Source: Octopus vulgaris
Taxonomy: Eukaryota
Direction: 5' to 3'
Assembly (NCBI GenBank): GCA_951406725.2
Contig: OX597835.1
Coordinates: 3,782,001-3,846,000 of the forward strand
Length of the DNA: 64,000 nt
Position 1 is the stretch's first letter. Each line of letters opens with the position of its first letter. Shown here piece after piece: positions 40,019 to 54,212 of this stretch. The position numbers were made by a program, and so were the translations under genes. Under the pieces are notes generated by a model, which made no database searches, had not been told where the DNA came from, and saw only the letters and a program-made list of their open reading frames with translations.

Positions 40019-40962
40019 AACAATTATACATCAGCTGAAATGAACTATGAATATCCATACCTCTAAATACATATATATAATTATAGAAATATGCAATAAC
40101 CTTTAGCTAATATACATCACACACTTACAACACTAATAAAACAACTTAAGCAGTAAGGATCTATAAACGCACACTCACACACACACACACACACACACAT
40201 GCATAAACGATGACTTGGATTCAATAACCTTATGCCAGCACACATACACACATACGTACACATAAATTCACTTAAGCAGTAAACATACATATACACACCT
40301 AATTACACGAACATACAGTCACACATAAACCAAAATGGACCATTCGCATCCATTTTTATTTTATTCATTTCTATTATTAATATATTTCATTATTTTCATT
40401 ATTTATTATTAATCTTTATTGTTTCCTTTATTTTTATTCGTATTTATATTAATTCCTCCTCCTCCTCATCATCATCATCATCGTCATTATTATTATTATT
40501 ATTATTATTTAAATATAATATTTTAATCTATTATTTTAATATACTTAAATAAAATAAAAGTATTAACGCATGCACGTGCGTACACACGCCCATGTATACA
40601 TACGCACACACACGCACACACAGACACACACAGACACACACAGACACACAGACACACACACACAATAAACGCGCTTTCCTCTGCTTAGTCTGTTGGAATG
40701 TTTCAACTGATCAAACCGTAAACGCTGTAATGTCCATTTTGCCCTGAAGACCTTCCACCCAGGATACTCGTAACGCAAACTTATATTATTATCTATGTTT
40801 TGTAATTTAAACTGGGTGGGAAGTGAAACAATTGTAGGCAATGTTAATTAATTCATAAATTTATTTATAACCATTGAATCTCTCCATTTTCAAACTTATT
40901 AATAATATTTAATGTTTTATAATGATATATTTGTTGAAGAAATATCTCATGAAAATATAATG

Positions 40963-41240
40963 GACCAAAGCTTTTTGAGTGGATTTGACAGACGGAAACT
41001 GAAAGAAGCTCGTCGTGTATATGTGTGTATGACTGTGTTTGTGCCTTTCTGTCTGTGTTTGCCTCCCCCACCCCACTGCTTGATAACCGGTGTTGGTGTG
41101 TCTACGTTCTCGTAAATAAAGACCGACAGAATAAGTATCAGACTTTTAAAAAAAATAAGCACTGGGATCGATTCGTTCGACTAAAATTTTTCAATGCCGT
41201 GCCCCAGCGTGGCCGCAGTCTCGTGACTGAAACAAACAAA
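40963..41240 (+). mobile_element. SINE family A, diverged fragment
   Basis: Homology to family A. Confidence 0.7.
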
Positions 41241-41378
41241 AGCTACATGTAGTAGAAAGACGGATATAGATACATGTTTAACGTGCCCGCCCATTCTCAC
41301 ATATACACAAATACGCAAATCTGAGCGCACACATACGCACATTATACATACACACGCATATACTGAGACAAGCACACA

Positions 41379-41414
<36 letters not shown>

Positions 41415-42472
41415 TATTGCCGCTGCTAACTCAGCTTACACAACTGTTGTTGTTGTTGTTATTGCTATTACTGTCGCTGTTGACTTTTATTTACTTTCAT
41501 CTGGCTCTCATTTGTCAACAACACTGTCACCAATAGCAACAACAGCGACGCCTCCTCCCCCACTCTTCCACTCTAACAACAACAGCAACATCAAAGACAA
41601 ACATATTCCGTTATAGTCACGAACCACCAACGATATCGTTCGTTACAACAGGCATTTCCAACCTCCTCTCAGTATCTTTACCACCGCCATCATCGTCAAC
41701 GCTTCTACTCGACTGCTCGACCTGCTAGAAATAGCAAGCAAATTTCGCTAAACTATATTTTGCTATCTTAAAAAAATGGAAAGCAACACTGGCCAGTGTA
41801 GGCCACAAGTGGAATACATTGTCTTAAGCCGGTCAAATCAAGGATATCAACAACTGCTTCGATGCTCCCACCATTATCACCACAACCAGCATCTCCATCT
41901 CCACAAGTCGCTGATTTAGTCTGGGATACATTGTGCATGATAATAAGTCGAGATGGTCACCTGCTGGATCATAACTGATCATCGGTTGGTTAGATTATGA
42001 CAGGCCTAGTGCTAAACGGAGCAGTAGTGGTTTTGAGTGCGAACCTCTCCACATATGGTAGCTCTTCATCAGATTCGTAACCTCGGGTCATCACCTGAAG
42101 CAGTTCAGTGCCCTTCCCAGCCCATCTCCTCTTTACTTTGTCCACTGACCTCACCCTCAAAACTTCCGGTGCTGCCATTCTCTACTTCCTCCATGAAATT
42201 CATAATTTCAACACTCCCGATCGTATTGTTCTTGTAGCTCTCCCAACTAATCCCAGTAAATAAACGTCAACAGTGACCCTTCGTGGCTGTATTCATTAGG
42301 AACGGCCACAGAAATGAGATGGGATTGTTGCGGTTACATAGATATACATCGACACACAATCAACATTATTATATAGACAAGAAGCCAGCCATTCCTGACT
42401 TCCTGTTCTTCGCGTTTCTTGTCACTGTTACTGACTTGCAGACTTTGCAATATAATATCAACCTTGATTGTA

Positions 42473-42730
42473 GAGGCGCGTGGCTTAGTGATAAAGGTGT
42501 GTCAGCATCAAGATCGCAAGATTGTGGTTTCGATTCCTGGACCGGGCGACGCGTTGTGTTCTTGAGCAAAACACTTCATTTCACGTTGCTCCAGTCCACT
42601 CAGCTGGCAAAAATGAGTAACGCTGCGATGGACTGGCGTCCCGTCCAGCTGGGGAACACATACGCCATTGAAACCGGGAAACCGGGCCTATGAGCCTGGC
42701 TAGGTTTTGAAAGGGCGCATTTATTTATTA
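42473..42730 (+). mobile_element. SINE family D (tRNA-derived; single copy in this window)
   Basis: TGGCTTAGTG A-box, GTTTCGATTCC B-box, TTGAGCAAAACACTT central domain, (TTTA)n tail. Confidence 0.75.
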
Positions 42731-43829
42731 TCAACCGTGATTCAAAATTAGAATATCAAAGATATAAAATAAAGAAATATTCTCTAAAATGTGAATATGT
42801 ACGTCTGTATACATGTGGGGGCGAGTGTATCTATGTGGAAATAAGTCTTCTTTGAGTCGGGCCATGTTGGAGCACTACTATTCATTGAATTTTTGTTTCA
42901 TCGTAGTATTTTTTGAAAATCAATTTGATTTTGTTAAGGTTTACATCGCATGTATTTATGATTGTATTTTCGCGATGGGTGTATTTAAGTGTAAGAATGG
43001 GAGAGAGGAAATTACTAACGGGTGAGTGTGTGTATGTGCGTGTGAGAGTGTGTGTGTGTGTGGGCGTGTGAGTGTGTGTGTAAATCAGACGTAATACAGT
43101 TAAAGAGATAATGAGCCGCGAAAGATAATCACTTTGGTAAGAGGATGCTGAAGAGGCTGGAATATCAAAGTGATATATGTTTGTACATGCATGTGTGTGT
43201 ATACACATACATACATACATACATACACACACGCGCACACACATACACGCTCACACGCACACACATACTCGCTCACACGCAAACCCACACACACACACTC
43301 ACACGCAAACACACACACACACACATAGACTGATACCAAAAAGAAATTGCTAATGATGGAAAAATTTCCAAAACCTCTGTGTGTGTGTGTGCGTGTGTGT
43401 TTGTGTGTGTGTGTGTGTGTGTGCGCGTGTGTGTAGTTGTGTATATACATACTCTGTATATCAGAAGAAAGTAATCCCGACCTTTGACCTCTACCTTCCA
43501 AACTGAGAACTGATGGATTCTTTGACGGAACTACAGGTGTTTACACCACGTGGCCTCCTCGACTCACACAACAAAGACCGCCATATTATTTACAAGATAT
43601 TAAAAAAAAATAAAACAAAACGCCGCAGAATTGGCAACATGAAAGGTTGCACCGACCCCTCCCACCTCTAATCCACATCTCACCTCTCATCTCCTCTCAC
43701 TCCCACTTTCCTTTCACCTCCCCCTCCCCCAGTTTCTTCTTTTTCCTTTTCCTTTTCTTCCTGTTTTTCTCTTTTCTTTGAAAGATTTCCCAATTTGCAA
43801 AGATTATAATTCGCTCTTTATTCTAATTG

Positions 43830-43969
43830 CTTCATCATCATCATCGTCATCATCGCCGTCGCCATCATCATCATCATCATCATCGTCATCGTCGCCATCA
43901 TCATCATCATCATCATCTCTTCTACCATCTTCACTCTTCCTCTTCTTGTCTTTATTAATTTACATATTT

Positions 43970-44015
<46 letters not shown>

Positions 44016-44124
44016 TGTAGTAGTAGTAGTAGTAGTAGTAGTGACAGTTGTAGTAGTGGTGGTGGTAGTAGTAGTGATAGTAGTAGTAGTAGTAGTAGCG
44101 ATAGTAGTAGTAGTAGTAATAGAG

Positions 44125-44168
<44 letters not shown>

Positions 44169-44175
44169 GGTGGTA

Positions 44176-44238
<63 letters not shown>

Positions 44239-44262
44239 ATAGTAGTAATAGTAGTAGTAGTA
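43830..44262. repeat. (CAT)n and (TAG)n arrays
   Basis: Direct inspection. Confidence 0.95.
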
Positions 44263-44673
44263 GAATATTTTCTGTTAAAACAGCATGAGCATTCCCCCTT
44301 TCTTCCACAAAATAGACACATCACACGTACACACATTCCCTCTCTCTCTCTCACCCATACACACACACCCACCCACACACACTCCTAGAATGATCAAACC
44401 CTTCACCCACCCCACCCCCTACCGTCCACGTGTGTGGTAAGTTACAGAGATGTGATATGTCAATTGTCACAGCTTTTACAATTACAACAGCTTTTATGCG
44501 TGTTTGGGGCCGTAAAACAGCGTCTGTTGTGTGCACATGTACAAATGGATCCTCGGACAAACACTAACTAAGGCGTATCACTGCGCGCACGCCCGGACGC
44601 ACGCACACACACACACACACATACATACACACACATCGTATATGTTGCGTGTGTGTGTGTGCATATACATACG

Positions 44674-44759
<86 letters not shown>

Positions 44760-44780
44760 TAGATAGATAGATAGATAGAG

Positions 44781-44843
<63 letters not shown>

Positions 44844-44858
44844 CAGACATAGATAGAG

Positions 44859-44921
<63 letters not shown>

Positions 44922-44926
44922 CAGAC

Positions 44927-44993
<67 letters not shown>

Positions 44994-45002
44994 TAGATAG
45001 AG

Positions 45003-45061
<59 letters not shown>

Positions 45062-45190
45062 CAGATAGACAGATAGGTAGACAGACAGGCAGGCAGATAG
45101 AAAGACGGGCGGATAGATAAAAGGACAGACAGACAGACAGACAGGCAGATAGATAGATAGACAGACAGACAGACAGGCAGGCAGGCAGAT
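44674..45190. repeat. (GATA)n/(GACA)n array
   Basis: Direct inspection. Confidence 0.95.
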
Positions 45191-45849
45191 ATATGTAGAA
45201 TCTATTTTGTTTGGTGTTTGGTACGTTAAGCCAGCGCTGCGAGGCCGCTTAAGCATATACAAACTTAATGTAGAATGAACAATTAATTATATCTGCAATC
45301 CGGTGATCGACGATACATCTCCATGTTTTGAGGGCTTTGTTTTCCATAAAAATAGTCTCTTTGTACTTTTTAATTGCCCTTTTAATTGTTAATCGTGGCA
45401 GAGTTGGATAAAATGTCTTACATCATATGTTTTAGCTTTTTACGTTCTGAGTTCAAATTCTGCAGAGGTCAACTTTGCTTTTTTATTCTTCCGGGATCAA
45501 GAAAATAAAAGCTGTACCAGTCAAATATTGGAATCGATTGAATTGCCTGACTCTATCCACCTTCAGATTCCTGGCTTTGTGCCAATGTAAGAAACGGTCA
45601 TTAAAATGCAGGCTTGTCAGGATCAGCAGCGAGTTTGGCCAAATCCTATGCGTTGTTCTGATTCTTTATACATTAAGTTCAAATTTCATTGAAGTCAGCT
45701 TTATATTTTAAAATAAAGTACCAGTCAATCCCCACACGGACAAAAAATTCTGGTTCAGTTCCTATATTTGAAATACTTAACTTCCCATCTGGGGCGGTAG
45801 ATTGGCAGAATCGAAAGAGCGAAGAAAATGCATTGTGGTTTTTGTTAGG

Positions 45850-46242
45850 ACGTCGGGCGCAATGCTTAGCGGTATTTCGGCTGCCGTTACGTTGTGAGTT
45901 CAAATTCCGCCGAGGTCGACTTTGCCTTTCATCCTTTCGGGGTCGATAAATTAAGTACCAGTTACGCACTGGGGTCGATGTAATCGACTTAATACCTATG
46001 TCTGTCCTTGTTTGTCCTCTCTGTGTTTAGCCCCTTGTGGGTAATAAAGAAATAGGTATTTCGTCTGCTGCGACGTTCTGAGTTCAAATTCCGCCGAGGT
46101 CGACTTTGCCTTTCGTCCTTTCGGGGTCGATAAATTAAGTACCAGTTAAGCACTGGGGTCGATGTAATCGACTTAATCCGTCTGTCTGTCCATGTTTGTC
46201 TCTATGTTTAGCCCTTTGTGGGTAATAAAGAAATAGGTATTT
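45850..46242 (+). mobile_element. SINE family B, two tandem units
   Basis: Homology to family B. Confidence 0.88.
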
Positions 46243-47169
46243 GTTCCCAATTTAAATACCACCGAGACCAACTTTGTCACTCTGCTCATTTTAGGATCGA
46301 TAAAATGGTGAACCAGTCATAAAATAGGGTCCATATTTTAGACTATTTCCAAGAAAAAAAAAAACCAACTTCTTGACTTTGTACCTCTATATGAAAGCAT
46401 TATTTAGTTTTCTTCTGTAACGATCGTAGTTCAAATCTCGATGGAATTGTTTTTACCTTATTAACACACCTGGGGTCGATAAAAAGAAATTGAATAATCA
46501 ACTCGGCCTAAACGAACTCTACCTCTCCTTCCGTTATAAATTTGTGTTGATATAAGAAATAATTATATTCTGCCTTGCCAATTAGAGTGAAATATGTTCG
46601 CCCGGCTCAGTAAGATTCTGAAGTCGTCATTAACAAAAATATAGAGCAATTTATTCCACTTAGCAAAACAGGGTGTTGTCATGCGGTCTACAACATCCGG
46701 TATTGTTCCTATGTGACGCAGGAAGAGAGTGGCTCTCACCACTTGAGTCACTAATTTCGAAATGTAACCGTCACAAGCACTAGATTGGGATGACTGTCAT
46801 TCAGTTTCTTCAGGAATCTAGGCCAATATTCCGATTAGTGCCACCCACTACTCATCGAAATAACAAGCTAATGATAATAATTGTTTCAGATTTCGGCACA
46901 AGGCCAGCAATTTTGAGAGGTGGGGTAAAGTCGATTATAACACATACTTATTTTATAGACCTCCGAAAGAACGAAAGGTAAAGTTGACCTAGGTCAGACA
47001 TTTGAACTCAGGACATAAAGAACCGGATGAATTGTGGTTTAGTATTTAGTCCGGCGCGGCAACGACTCTGCAAGTTCGCTACCTTGTCTGATTTCATATA
47101 AAATAAATGCAGAATAGATTTTAAAAAACGATTAAAACGAGACTAAACAAAGCAATGGAATAAAAACTA

Positions 47170-47500
47170 ATGGTTATAACTTGGGACAATGTCCTGCACC
47201 AGATAAAGAAAGCTCCAGGGACAAACGAGATCCAAGGATTTTATATAAAGCAACTGAAATCCTTAAAGAGTGAAATTGTCAACATAGTCTACAGATTAGG
47301 AAGAAATGCAGCTTATATAAATCATCCATTCTTCATGGATGACTTAAAGACACATGCAAAAAGAAAAGTAAAAAAGGAATAGATTTACAAAAAGTTGCGT
47401 TGTAATAATATCGGAATGAAGTTTAGTAGCTCAAAATGTGCGACTTTAGATGCAAAGAGGGAGAAGGAAGAATAATTTAATGGAATAATCTTATCGAAAA
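47170..47500 (+). pseudogene. R4/Dong-like LINE RT relic, internally deleted
   Basis: KAPGTNEIQGFYIKQL, INHPFFMDDLK, IGMKFSSSKCA resemble KAPG.DGI.GFW.K, INHL.FMDDLK, IGM.FG..KCA. Confidence 0.7.
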
Positions 47501-48688
47501 GAACAGATTTTAGACTCAGACAAGATGTCTTTTCATCAAATGTGTTCCAAATATCTAATTCTATATTATCCACGAGCAAAAGAGGAAACTTTTATGTTAG
47601 ACATGGGCAACCTTTTAACGGGAAGCGGGCCACATAAGACACTAAGTGGGCCGCACTACTAAAAATATTCAAGATAACTTTTCTCATGACTGCTCTATAT
47701 GATTGCTGCTCATGCTAAAAATAGCAGCTAAATCTCTTTCATATCACATCCCTACCTATTTTACAAAAAATGCCATGGATAATATGGCCCCGATTCCCAG
47801 CACGTAAGGCATGAAAAGATGGTCATGGCTGGAATGTATTTTGCCCTTTGTCTACTCACTCATGGTCAACCCTGGGTTAAACAAAAGTAAAAAATTTGGT
47901 TTGTTCAAAATAAAGACATTAAACCAGTGATTCTCAAGCTGGCCTTCTCAGTTCCCTAATAGTCTACAAAAATGGTATTTGGGATTCATAATTTGTGTTC
48001 AAGCTTTTAAAAGGTGCAATGTAAAATATATAATTACTCAGTTATAGATATCTTTAAACTGAGAAAAGGGGTTTGTTTATAGTCAAGAAAATTTGTTTAA
48101 GGAGTTGAGAGATCTTTCGAAAACCGGAAGTCATTCAAATAACAGAGGTTATCAGCGGTATAAAGACCGCCGCCATTTTATTAAACTTCGTGAAAAGCTC
48201 AGAAGTCAGCAAAACAAGACTTGTGTGCAATCGCTCGACTGCAAAAGCATAAGCCAGAGTTTTCCTTGATCCCATCATAAACAAAACTATGACCAAGAGA
48301 TTATTCCGATGACCGCCTTTCTGTAAATCAGGGATAGCTAGATTGTCCAATGAGTTTTTTTTTAATAACAGAAGCAAGTGATTTGAGAAAGTCATAACGT
48401 TTCCTTCTGTGATTCGTACGAGCATTCGTAAGCATCTACACTTATGTGTGAGAACAGTTTTTATTTAACTCTAAGCAGTCCTACGTTCAAGGGGTACTCC
48501 AACCACGCCCATTCTGTCCTTTTTTTTTATTTCACATTTACAGTAAATTTAGGATCCCATTATCTACTGTCTCTCTTTTTAAGAAAGTAGATTTGAAATT
48601 TACTTACTATTTCTAGCAGATCAAGCAGCTACATAGACGTTCTCTCGTGGTTACTATGTGTATATGCAAGTACATGAATGCGGTTGCA

Positions 48689-48777
<89 letters not shown>

Positions 48778-48801
48778 CTCTCTCTCTCTAGATATATATA
48801 T

Positions 48802-48837
<36 letters not shown>

Positions 48838-48842
<5 letters not shown>

Positions 48843-48957
48843 TATGTGGGTACAGAACGTCACCAACTGTGAAAACAACATGAAATACGAAAACAGACGA
48901 ATTGAATACGTAAATAACGAGAGAAAAATAATGGAGAACAGGACAGGTAAACACATA
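48838..48957 (-). mobile_element. Family P6 fragment
   Basis: Reverse complement of 5360-5470; abuts (TA)n. Confidence 0.55.
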
Positions 48958-49479
48958 TTTATGTATAATGAGAGAGAGAGAGAAAGAAAAAGAGAGAGAT
49001 AATGTTATATTGTGATTTGAGTTTCATGTAAATGCAGTCCCCAGGTGAGTACTCACGGGAGTTGAATAGAATTTGAGTCAAGATATGAATATTCTGTAAA
49101 ATTTATATACATACACTACAACATGTATTGAGTTCTCCCTCATTTGTTTCACATGGTACAACTTTGAAATCGCACACACACACACACACACACGCACAGA
49201 CATACACGCATGTATGCGTAGAGTTATGCGCTAGGCTAACCACTTATACGATGTTTTTGTTTGTGGGGAGATGTATATGAATGTATGAGTTCATATGAGG
49301 TGACTTGTGTGTGTAGGTATATGAGAGTTTGTATGCTGCTTTTAGTGTATTTGTATAGAGTCTCAAGCGTGTGTTTGCGTATGTCTGCGTATGTCTGCGT
49401 ATGTATGTGTATAAATGTGACCATGAGTTGATTCCACTCCGACATGTTTGTGTTCCTTGCTCTTGTTAGTGTATGATGT

Positions 49480-49948
49480 TGATGATGATGGTGGTGGTGG
49501 TGGTGGTGGTGGTTGGTGCTGGTGGTGGTGGTGGCGATGGTGGGGTGGTGATGGTGGTGGTGGGGTGGTGATGGTGGTGGTGGTGATGATGGTGGTGGTG
49601 ATGGTGGTGATGGTGGTAGTGGTGGTGGTGGTGGTGGTGGTGGTGGTGGTGGTGGTGGTGATGGTGGTGGTGGTGGTGGTGGTGGTGGTGGTGGTGATGG
49701 TGGTAGTGGTGGTGGTGGTGGTGGTGGTGGTGGTGGTGGTGGTGGTGATGGTGGTAGTGGTGGTGGTGGTGGTGATGGTGGTGATGGTGGTGGTGGTGAG
49801 GCTGGTGATGGTGGTGGTGGTGGTGGTGGTTATGGTGGTGGTGGTGGTGATGGTGGTGGTGGTGGTGGTGGTGGTGATGGTGGTGGTGATGGTGGTGGTG
49901 ATGGTGGTGGTGATGGCGGTGGTGGTGGTGGCGGTGGCGGTGGTGGTT
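49480..49948. repeat. (GGT)n array with GAT interruptions
   Basis: Direct inspection. Confidence 0.95.
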
Positions 49949-50665
49949 GATTTGTTTGTTTACCTCTCACCACCACTCACGATGTCTTTAATGAACAAGC
50001 AGGAAGGAGTGGTAGAAGTGGTGGGTGGGTGGTCGAGTAGGGTACACGCCTGGTGAGTGTGTACATCTAAGTAACTTCTTCCGCCTCCCCCCTCCAATTA
50101 CCAGTGGACACTCACCACCGATGACCTGCAATTATTATTCATGTCTTGACCGCAATAGCACAAATTCGTGTCCAGTTCTTGAATATGGCCGACGTTCCCA
50201 CAGTACCAAAACCGAAATGTACGTGTGTATGTATGTATATGTGAATTGGATATATTTCTGCGTATATGTGTCAGTGTGGTGTACACTCATATACATATGT
50301 GTATATATATATATAGACACGCACTTATGCATATATGCACTCACGAATATATACACATACGCATATATGCAAATATATACATACATATAAATACACACAC
50401 GTATATATATATGTGTGTGTGCGCGCGTGTCTGTGTGTGTATGTGTGTGTATGTGTGTGTATACATGCATATATACTTTTATGAATGTATACACGCACAC
50501 ACACACACACACATACACACATACATACACGCACACATGCGCGCGCGCACACACACTTTCACACCGACAGAACGTAAAGATGGACGAAATGACGCTAAGC
50601 ATTTTGCCCAGTGTGCTAGCTATTCTGCAGCAGCAGCAGCAGCAGCTGTAGCAGTAGCAGTAGTT

Positions 50666-50720
<55 letters not shown>

Positions 50721-50740
50721 CAGTAGTAGTAGTGGTAGTG

Positions 50741-50774
<34 letters not shown>

Positions 50775-50777
<3 letters not shown>

Positions 50778-51040
50778 ACGTTCGTAGCACTAACAACCAA
50801 GTTCAAGAAATACGTCGGAAAAATTGGAGTTGATATGAGAGCGGAGCAGGTCCAAAAAGTTGCCCGGTTGGGGACAGCTGGGATTTTGAGGTTGGTACTT
50901 GGAATGTTGAATAAATTAGCCCCCAAGTACCAAAGCCTATGATTTGCGGGAAGCGACCCAGTGAGACCTCTGGCAACAGGTTGATGTCCACTCTCACAGA
51001 ATCAACCAGAGCAAGAAAGACCAGGAGCTCTGAGAAGTAA

Positions 51041-51045
<5 letters not shown>
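50775..51045 (+). mobile_element. R4/Dong-like LINE 3' end (family D2)
   Basis: Reads TFVALTTKFKKYVGKIG..VQKVARLGTAGILRLVL (cf. LQK.ALLGTA.ILR.VL), followed by UTR and (AAT)n. Confidence 0.75.
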
Positions 51046-51087
<42 letters not shown>

Positions 51088-51241
51088 TAATAATGATGAT
51101 AATAATAATAATAATGATGATAATAATAATAATAATGATGATAATAATAATAATAATGAAATAATAATAATAATAATAATAATAATGATAATAATGATGA
51201 TAATAATAATAATAATGATGATAATAATAATAATAATGATG

Positions 51242-51290
<49 letters not shown>

Positions 51291-51478
51291 TGATAATAAT
51301 AATAATAATGATGATAATAATAATAATAATGATGATAATAATAATAATAATGATGATAATAATAATAATAATGATGATAATAATAATAATAATAATGATA
51401 ATAATAATAATAATAATAATAATGATAATAATGATGATAATAATAATAATAATGATGATAATAATAATAATAATGATG

Positions 51479-51521
<43 letters not shown>

Positions 51522-51634
51522 TAATAATGATGATAATAATAATAATAATGATGATAATAATAATAATAATGATGATAATAATAATAATAATGATGATAAT
51601 AATGATAATAATGATGATAATAATAATAATGATG

Positions 51635-51674
<40 letters not shown>

Positions 51675-51737
51675 TGATAATAATAATAATAATGATGATA
51701 ATAATATAATAATGATGATAATAATAATAATAATATG

Positions 51738-51786
<49 letters not shown>

Positions 51787-51878
51787 GCATCACAACAAAT
51801 CACAGCACATACCCAAGGCACACAGAGCTGTGCTCGGTAGTGAAGTGAAAGCACGCTATAAAAATAAAAATAAAACTA

Positions 51879-51913
<35 letters not shown>

Positions 51914-52022
51914 TGATGATGATGATGATAATAATAATAATGATAATAATAATAATGATGATAATAATAATGATGATAATAATGACGATAATAATAATAA
52001 TGATAATAATAATAATAATAAT

Positions 52023-52075
<53 letters not shown>
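51040..52075. repeat. (AAT)n/(GAT) arrays with a higher-order period of about 21 bp
   Basis: Recurring (AAT)5(GAT)2. Confidence 0.9.
51786..51885 (+). mobile_element. R4/Dong-like family D1 3' UTR
   Basis: Near-identical to 22246-22340. Confidence 0.75.
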
Positions 52076-52530
52076 GGGCTACAGCAAATATTCTGCTCAA
52101 TACCAGAGATTTGCTTGTCAGTTGTTTGACCATAACCAGTTGAGCATGCCCCTTAGTGGCTGACGATATGTGCATCTCTGATCACGAGCAGAAGTAGTGG
52201 GGGAGCATCATAGCCATGTGTTGAGAGGGATTCTTTGGGGTTTGGATAATTCACCTCTGGAAACATGGGTGTTTCGTTCAACATCCTTAAACAACCCTTA
52301 TTCGGGGACCTTTTGAGCGGAATGCGTTACTCGACCAGAAGAAAATTCTAACTGGGCGCCACCTGCAAGGTCATGTGCTGAGATCACCATGTCGCGCACA
52401 TATGGTTGTGATGCATGTGCCTAGTGTACCCTTATCAGACGGGTAGTCATGATGGGTATACTGGGCTTCGTATATTTTACCCCACTGTCACTTTGCTGGC
52501 ATGCACTGCTCTCTCACGCAATAATAATAA
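52075..52530 (+). mobile_element. Unclassified element of about 450 bp within (AAT)n; probable retroposon 3' part
   Basis: Complex sequence with (AAT)n on both sides; no convincing ORF. Confidence 0.5.
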
Positions 52531-52589
52531 TAACAATAACATTAAAAAATACCTTAGGAATGAGAACCTAGGTTCGAAATTTCCCCCAA

Positions 52590-52635
52590 GACACCTGATG
52601 AAGACTGGAGGGTATATCAGTCGAAACGTTGTGTT
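52590..52635 (+). ncRNA. Minimal type I hammerhead ribozyme, canonical core (element P5, about 52540-52725)
   Basis: GACAC-CUGAUGA-A-GACUG(GAGGGUAUAU)CAGUC-GAAAC-GUU-GUGUU. Confidence 0.8.
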
Positions 52636-53872
52636 AATAACAAACAAGATGAGGACAAATATCCGTCAATTGTAAATAATGCAAATAATATACATAATTC
52701 CTCATCTCTTAAATATAGAACTGAACAACAACAACAACGACGATGATGATGACGATGTAGTTTCTAGGCAACATGCCGATAGTGAATCGAAATTCTCGAA
52801 AGAATGTCCAAATTACAGTCAGAAATCTTCCGTGCAAAAATGGTTTCGCTATGCTGTTCGTTGTAGAATTTTCCGAATCTTTACTGCCACACAATGCTCA
52901 AGCGAAAACCTCTTGGCAGCAACTGTATTTTGTATTTTATGACAGCTTTAGATTATTTCTACTTACACAGGAACTGTGGAATAATAATTCTTTTTCCGGT
53001 TTTTTTTTTCTATTGAAACGAAACTTACTTTTTTTGCTTGGTTCTCGCGTTCACCGCTGCAGTATGTAAACAAGACATACTTTAAGTCTGAGAATCTCAT
53101 CGAGGAAAACTAAGGGGAAATATTGAAGTTGCTGTCAACAGTTGTACTTTCTTCAAATATATTATACTGTGTGCGCTTGTTGATATTTTGTAACATAATT
53201 CCTTGAAATAAGAACTAATTAATGAGTTAGGACCTTAAAATTAACCATTGTATAACTTGGTGTATTAATAAGCTCGAAATCTTGGATACAAAGAATAAAG
53301 GAAACTGTTGAAAGTTTTAAAAAAGAATTCTTTCCAAAAGATCTAAGACACGCGGCACCAAATGACTGCTGGTCAAGAATGGCATTAGCCATGACTGCTA
53401 AAACGGACCGAAAGAACTAAAAACCTGTTTTGCATTAGATTAGAAATTACTATCGTGAAATCTTGGATTTTAAGATTCCAAGGGTTCAGTCTTGATTTTT
53501 GAGTCCCATGGTGGTGTTGGTAGCAACAGTAGTTGTTGATATCGTTTATGCACGAAACCTTATATTTTGTAAACCTGTGCAAACAACATCATCTACGCAC
53601 AAGTGCCATAGTGTAATACTTACCAAAGAAGATTCGCTTATGTATGTGTATAAAGTAACCAATCAGTGTGGCTCAGGTCATTTCAGTTAACCATCGGATA
53701 AAGTTTATTGATCATGGCAGCTTCTTTGATCCTGTGATATTTAAATTATCTACATTTCGTTTTGTGGGTTCAATAATAACTGTGAGTGATATCCTTAATT
53801 TGATATCAGCCAATCGTTTGTTGATGGGAGATGGTTTTGTTTGAATATAGTGTGTGTGTGTGAGTATGTGTG

Positions 53873-53923
<51 letters not shown>

Positions 53924-54097
53924 GTGTGTGTGCGTGTGTATTCGTCTTTTGGTTTCCATGTGGCACGATTACAATTTTTTTAGGGTGTGTAAAGAGGGAA
54001 ATAACCCTCATCTGCAATTTTGATGAAATTCGAAACATAGATATTCCAGTTCATTCAGAGAATATAACAGAAAAGTCTAATTCTTCAATTGAATGTA

Positions 54098-54124
54098 ACC
54101 GGGCAACGCCTGGTATCTCTGCTA

Positions 54125-54125
<1 letters not shown>
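54098..54125 (+). mobile_element. Helitron 3' terminus; 5' end not located
   Basis: ACCGGGCAACGCCTGGT hairpin followed by CTAG|T; related terminus on the minus strand at 62214-62241. Confidence 0.6.

Positions 54126-54212
<87 letters not shown>

Noticed and set aside
40742-40780. Hammerhead candidate TTTGC-C-CTGAAGA..GTAAC-GCAAA
   Set aside because: No GAAA, no stem III and no convincing stem II
48120-48190. Promoter suggested by ETS (CCGGAAGT) and YY1 (GCCGCCATTTT) motifs
   Set aside because: Two short motifs with no associated first exon; insufficient support
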